Assembly (NCBI RefSeq): GCF_036321535.1
Contig: NC_087441.1
Coordinates: 40,672,001 to 40,736,000, forward strand
DNA from: Camelus dromedarius
Lineage: Eukaryota
Direction of reading: 5' to 3'
Length of the DNA: 64,000 nucleotides
The notes under the pieces were generated by a model. That model saw only the letters and a program-made list of their open reading frames with translations, made no database searches and was not told the DNA's origin. Positions 59,060 to 64,000 of this stretch are shown here, piece by piece. The stretch's first letter is position 1. Each line of letters opens with the position of its first letter. The position numbers and the translations under genes were made by a program.

Positions 59060-60050
59060 TGTCTTCTTCATCTCCTGTGGGTGCTGATGGAGAAAATCAA
59101 CCTCTGTCCAACAGATATCATAAGTCCATGGTCTCTTTCCTCACCTGGCCTTCAGTGACTCACTGTAATCTTGGTGTTCCTCTCCTTTTTCCTACTGGGA
59201 CTGTTTCAGTGCTGCTCCACTCTAATCCATCTCTGAACTCACCGCCTCCTCCTTTCCTTGTAGCAGATGTTAACTACTATTTTACAGAGAAGTTGAAGAT
59301 GAACTGCTGGCACCTTCCTCCACCTTAATCATTCATCCATTAGGAAGTATTTGATTGAGGATGTGCTGTGTACCAGGGGCAGTAACTGGTGCTGTTTCTA
59401 TACAGATGAACAGAGAGACAGATGCCTGTGTCCTTTGAGGTCACGAGCCTAAACAGAGCCACCTGTATCCACAGTCCTTCATCCTTCCTTCCTGCCTTCC
59501 TTTCTTTATTAGGTCTTCTTAAATTTTATTAAATCTATATTAGACCCTGTGTTCCAGTTCTTATCCCATAAGATTTCATTGATTTTTTAAAACACTTTCC
59601 TCCCACTCCTTTATCTCCTGTTTCTCCTTCCTATCAGCATGTAATATTCAGCTTTTTTTTTTTTTTTTTTTTCAGTTCTCCTTCAGATTCTGGTGACTGG
59701 CATCTCTCTTTAACCCTCTTCCCGCAGGTTTCGTGGACGTGTTGCTGGCTCCGGGCAGATTTACTTCCACCACTCTACAATTGCCAAGCTTGCTCTCCCC
59801 AGTCACTAGGCTTAATGACTAACTTTTAGGTCTTATCTTGTTAACTTCTTTGTAGCATGTTAAGTGTTAAGCAACCTTTACTAAAGATTCCCTTTTTAGG
59901 CTTCCAATACAATACAAACTCTGGTTTTCTTCTTAAATTTCTGACAACAGATGCTCAGTATCCTCACTGCTCCTCCTCTGGACTTCTGAAACTTGCTGAC
60001 GGTGTGAGAGGCCCTCATCCCCTTAGACTGTTCACCCCCTTGGGTGATCT
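59060..60050 (+). mobile_element. L2 mosaic (plus-strand L2 pieces with an opposite-strand L2 3' tip at about 59330-59450)
   Basis: 'gcagatgttaactactattttacagagaag' and 'cttaggcttccaatacaatacaaactctggttttcttc'; opposite tip 'tcattcatccattaggaagtatttgattgaggatgtgctgtgtaccagggg'. Confidence 0.6.
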
Positions 60051-60078
60051 TGACAGTGAAATGGTTTCAGTTATTTTA

Positions 60079-60218
60079 ACCAGTGAAGCTCAAATCTCGG
60101 TGTGCATAAGAATCAACCGAAAAATCTGATTTAATAGATGTAGGGTGGGGCCAAATTTACAATTTTAACAAGCACTCCAGGCAATTCTGAGAAAATCAGT
60201 GACCACTTTTGGATTATC
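60079..60218. mobile_element. MER5A
   Basis: 'ccagtgaagctcaaatctcggtgtgcataagaatca...gatgtagggtggggccaaatttacaattttaacaagcactccaggcaattctga'. Confidence 0.8.
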
Positions 60219-60219
60219 T

Positions 60220-60800
60220 GTAAACACTGAGCTAAATTATAATTTCCATGAAGGCACAAATTGTGTCTGCTTTACTCATGGAATTTTCAGAGCCAGCAGG
60301 GCTGCTAACAAACAGAGCGTTCATTTACTATTTGTAGAACAAATAATGTATCTGTGGGTGACTCCCACATCTGTATCTCCAGCCCAGATTTCATTTTGCA
60401 TTCCTCACCAACCCAAAGTGATTGGCCGCCATAGTCCACAGATAACAAATCAGAATCCCTGATTCCTCCATCTACCTCAGCCTGTCCATCCAATTAATTA
60501 GTAAGCATATCTATTTCAACCTCCTGATATCTGGTAGAACCCTCCATTCTCTTCTGTCACCACTGTCAATGTCCTCGTCCAGGCCACCATCATTCCTCAA
60601 CTAGATTACTTTGATGCTCCTCTAGTCACCCTGCCTCATTCTTATTCTAAGTTTCCTTAAGCAAATAATACATCATTAGGGTCCAAACACATCAATATGA
60701 CATGCTTGGTCCTTTATGAGATGCCCTCTGTCTGCCTCTACAAACCCTGTTCACCTCTATCCACCCCAGTTTACTCTACTCAATAGTAAATTGTGGGAAA
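60220..60800 (+). mobile_element. L2 fragments
   Basis: 'ttccatgaaggcacaaattgtgtctgctttactcatgg' and 'gtgactcccacatctgtatctccagcccaga...ccaggccaccatcattcctcaactagattact'. Confidence 0.7.
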
Positions 60801-61534
60801 CATTTTTCTCATTTTTCATTCCAATGGTGTTTTTTTTTCATAAAACCTTTAAAACATATATTTGTTTAAATGCCAGTTCCAGGTAGGAGGTTTTATTTTA
60901 GGTCTCACCTATGTAAGCTACTTGGTTTTCCACATTCTTACTCCCTCATTACACCGTTCTCAATACTCATTTCTTAGCCTTTGTTAAATGAATCTGGTGT
61001 CTTTCATGTGATTATTGTTATTATATGAAATTACTATTGCATTATTAATTTTATATGATATATCTTTTAAGAATAATTTTTGAAATTTGAATTGCTTCAT
61101 AAATATTTTTAACTCCTCTTTTCTGTAACTGATTTTAGTGAAAATGTTTTTTAGCGCTTTTGTACTTGGCCTCTCATTCTGTTGAAGTATATTGCTAAAT
61201 TTCAAGAATGTGGACAGATAATATATATTCTCAGCCCTAATAAAACCTGAAATTATCTTTGTTTTCTAAATAACAGTTTGATTAGATAAAACATTTATAG
61301 ATCACAGAATATTTTTAGCCTCTCAGTATTGTTTTCTGACACCAATTTTGCCTCAGACAACCTGAGGCCAAACTTGATTTTCTTTCCTCAAAGATCAATT
61401 ACATTTATCTGCTTAGATACTTATAAGGTATTTTAATCTACGCAATTCAATATTTTTTATTCAGTGACCAGTGGGGATATATTTTCATCAAATTTTTCCT
61501 GGAATAGAGTGAGGTTTTTCAATCCTCTGTTGAA

Positions 61535-61835
61535 TACTGTTTCACCAAATGAACCTGTTAATAAGACAAAGCTGAGTTATCTTGGTATGAGAAGGTACTA
61601 CCTTCATAATGTTCACAGCATCTCTGAGGATCCATAATGTTCATAGCATCTCTGAGGAGAGACGGCAAAATTAGGTTAGTGATGAGATTTTGAAGGCTAG
61701 CTTAAGGTCGGTCTTTTGCTGGGGAGGAGAAGAGAAGGATGCTTGACTAGAATAGGATAAGGATCATGATATAATAGTATACAATTGGTAAAACAGCAAG
61801 GAGAAGACTTTGAGAGGAGAAGTTCAAAGTGTCTT
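61535..61835. mobile_element. Probable ERV1-type LTR fragment (family uncertain)
   Basis: 'taataagacaaagctgagtt...aaggtcggtcttt...catgatataatagtatacaattggtaaaacagcaagg' resembles recalled ERV1 LTR consensus sequences. Confidence 0.5.
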
Positions 61836-62422
61836 GGGTAAAAAATATGATCAAAATACCATTATCATGCCCCCCAAGTTAACATTTTTTTTCTTTTTTT
61901 GAGATATAATTGACATAGAACATTATATTAGTTTCAGGTATAAAACATAATGATTCAATATTTGTATATATTGTGAAATGATCACCACAATAAGTCTAGT
62001 TAACATCCATCAGTATATATAGTTACAAAAATTTTTTCCTGTGATGAGAACTTTTAAGACCTACTCTCTTAGCAACTTTCAAATATGCAATACAGTATTA
62101 TTAATGACAGTCACCATGCTGTACACTACATCCTCATGACCTACTTATTTTATAACTGGTAGTTTGTACCTTTTGGTCCCCTTCACCCATTTTACCCACC
62201 TCCTACCTCCGGCCTCTGGTAACCACCAATCTGTTCTCTGTATCTATAAGTGCTTTTTTGTTTGGTTTTCTTTTGGTTTTTTAGATTCCTCGTGTAGATG
62301 AGATCATATAGGATTTGTCTTTCTCTGACTTATTTCGCTCAGCATAATGCCCTTAAACTTTATCCATGTTGTCGTAGATGGTATCGCAAAATTTCATTAT
62401 TTTTCGTGGCTGAATAATATAC

Positions 62423-62424
<2 letters not shown>

Positions 62425-62462
<38 letters not shown>
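62425..62462 (+). repeat. (GT)19 microsatellite inside the L1MA9 3' UTR
   Basis: Directly seen. Confidence 0.95.
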
Positions 62463-62464
<2 letters not shown>

Positions 62465-62628
62465 TACATTTTTTATCCACCCATCAATGGACTCTTTGTT
62501 TCCATATCTTGGCTATTGTAAATAATACTACAATGAACAAGGGTGAGTATTTTTTTTTGAGTTAGTATTTTTATTTTGTTTGGATAAATACCCAGAAAGT
62601 TCTATTTTTAGTAGTTTAGTAGTTTAAT

Positions 62629-62823
62629 NNNNNNNNNNNNNNNNNNNNNNNNNNNNNNNNNNNNNNNNNNNNNNNNNNNNNNNNNNNNNNNNNNNNNNNN
62701 NNNNNNNNNNNNNNNNNNNNNNNNNNNNNNNNNNNNNNNNNNNNNNNNNNNNNNNNNNNNNNNNNNNNNNNNNNNNNNNNNNNNNNNNNNNNNNNNNNNN
62801 NNNNNNNNNNNNNNNNNNNNNNN
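62629..62823. other. N run, about 195 nt
   Basis: Directly seen; inside the L1MA9-like element. Confidence 0.97.
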
Positions 62824-63267
62824 ACGCTGAGCATTTTTTCATTTGCCTGTTGGATATCTGTATGTCTTGTTTTGAAAAATGTTTATTCAGATACTCTGTT
62901 CATTTTTTAATCAGATTGTTTGACTTTTTCACTATTGAGTTGTATGAATTCTTTATTTTAGATATGATCCCCTTATAAAATACATGATTTGTAAATATTT
63001 TCTCCCATTCAGTAGGTTGTCTTTTCTTTTTGTTTATGGTTTCCTTTATTGTGCAGAAATTTGGGAGTTTGATGTATTCCACTTGTTTATTTTTGCTTTT
63101 GTTGCCTTTGCTTTTGGTGTCAAAATCCAAAAATTACTGCCAAGACCAACGTCAAGGAACTTACCGTTTTCCTCTAGGAATCTTGTAGTTTCAGGTATTG
63201 CATTCAAATGTTCAATCCATTTTGAGTTAATTTTTGTACATGGTGTAAAATAATGGTCCAGTTTCAA

Positions 63268-64000
63268 GAAGTATTTCTTATTGTCGTTAAATATGAGTGT
63301 TAAAGAGTCTCCAAATTATCTAATAAGTTTTGAGGGTGAAAAAAAGTGCTTTGGTATGTAAACTTTCCTTCAGCACATTCTATTGAAGAGTTGATGGGTC
63401 TTTGAAATTGTTTCTGGAGTAATCAATAAAGTTATTTTCAACTTTTGTATTTTTGAACAAGAGTTTCTGGAAATAAGGAATCCATGTTAATGCAGATAGC
63501 ATCAGTGTGGGTGTAGATGGTTTCAGTTTTTACTGCATACATGTCTTTGTTCAGCTCAGAAAAATATTACTGAGTTGTATGGGGTTTTTTTCTCAATTGT
63601 TTGGAGCTCTTCTCAGGATTAACGATTACTCATATGTTGGCTTTCCATCTCTGTCTTCCACATCTAACCCTTGTTAATTATTACTTTGACTATTTTGACT
63701 CCTTGTCATTTTTTGCAATGTTCTGAAAGATCTGATTAAGTTTTTATTCACATCAATATCAGTTTTCTGTAGCATCAGTTCTGTTCTTTAGTGCTTTCAA
63801 CTGTAAATGTAAAATAACCTATTTCTTTTCCATTTTTAAAACTCATATGGTCTCCATTTTCACATTTAATCATCTCAGTATGATCTCTCCTTATGAACTG
63901 TGTTCCTATTTCAGAGTAGACATATCTTTTGCACTTTTCTGAGTGCTCTGAATAGCTTTCTAAGGTTATTTTTTTTAATTCCATAGTAGGTAATTTGCAG
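63268..64000 (-). mobile_element. Old L1ME/HAL1-like ORF1-region fragment
   Basis: 'ttcagctcagaaaaatattactgagttg...ctcttctcaggattaacgattactcatatgttggctttccatctctgtcttccacatct'. Confidence 0.55.

Larger units (their letters stand above)
61885..63267 (-). mobile_element. L1MA9-like 5'-truncated L1 (3' UTR plus ORF2 C-terminus)
   Basis: Poly-T then 'gagatataattgacatagaacattatattagtttcaggtataaaacataatgattc'; ORF2 remnants in the track (KLDHYFTPCTKINSKWI, KATKAKINKW, KRQPTEWEKIF). Confidence 0.92.

Noticed and set aside
62616-63267. ORF2-like peptides (KLDHYFTPCTKINSKWI and others)
   Set aside because: Frameshifted fragments of a dead L1MA9-like copy, not a gene
1-64000. Prokaryotic or viral systems (CRISPR, operons, non-retroviral endogenous viral elements), tRNA, rRNA and snRNA genes
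   Set aside because: No repeat-spacer array, no long ORFs, and no recognisable viral or structural-RNA sequence; the window is mammalian non-coding DNA

Overview
This is AT-rich mammalian genomic DNA, most likely intergenic or a large intron. A camelid origin is my best inference: two young L1 3' ends resemble my recollection of camelid (Vicugna/Camelus-type) L1, and I see no Alu, B1, Bov-tA/BovB, PRE1, SINEC or ERE SINEs. I cannot support any intact protein-coding gene, RNA gene or CRISPR array. The supplied ORFs are short and are explained by chance, transposon debris or N runs. A large part of the window is a fossil record of transposable elements: MIR, L2, L1M/L1MA, young lineage L1, MaLR (MLT1) and ERVL/ERV1 LTRs, and hAT DNA transposons (MER5, MER20, MER58, MER81, MER94, Arthur1). 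Several are nested, and one young L1 has a perfect 17-bp target-site duplication. Five N runs are present. The best leads in the repeat-poor stretches are candidate conserved regulatory elements (26.9-27.2 kb, 32.6-32.8 kb, 39.2-39.4 kb, 49.9-50.1 kb, 57.1-58.1 kb), several exon-like segments with good splice signals but no intact frame (possible lncRNA or decayed gene), and an internally deleted, 3'-truncated L1 that keeps its 5' UTR. Repeat family names come from recalled consensus sequences and need Dfam/RepeatMasker confirmation; most boundaries are approximate. I found no convincing evidence of a new biological system.
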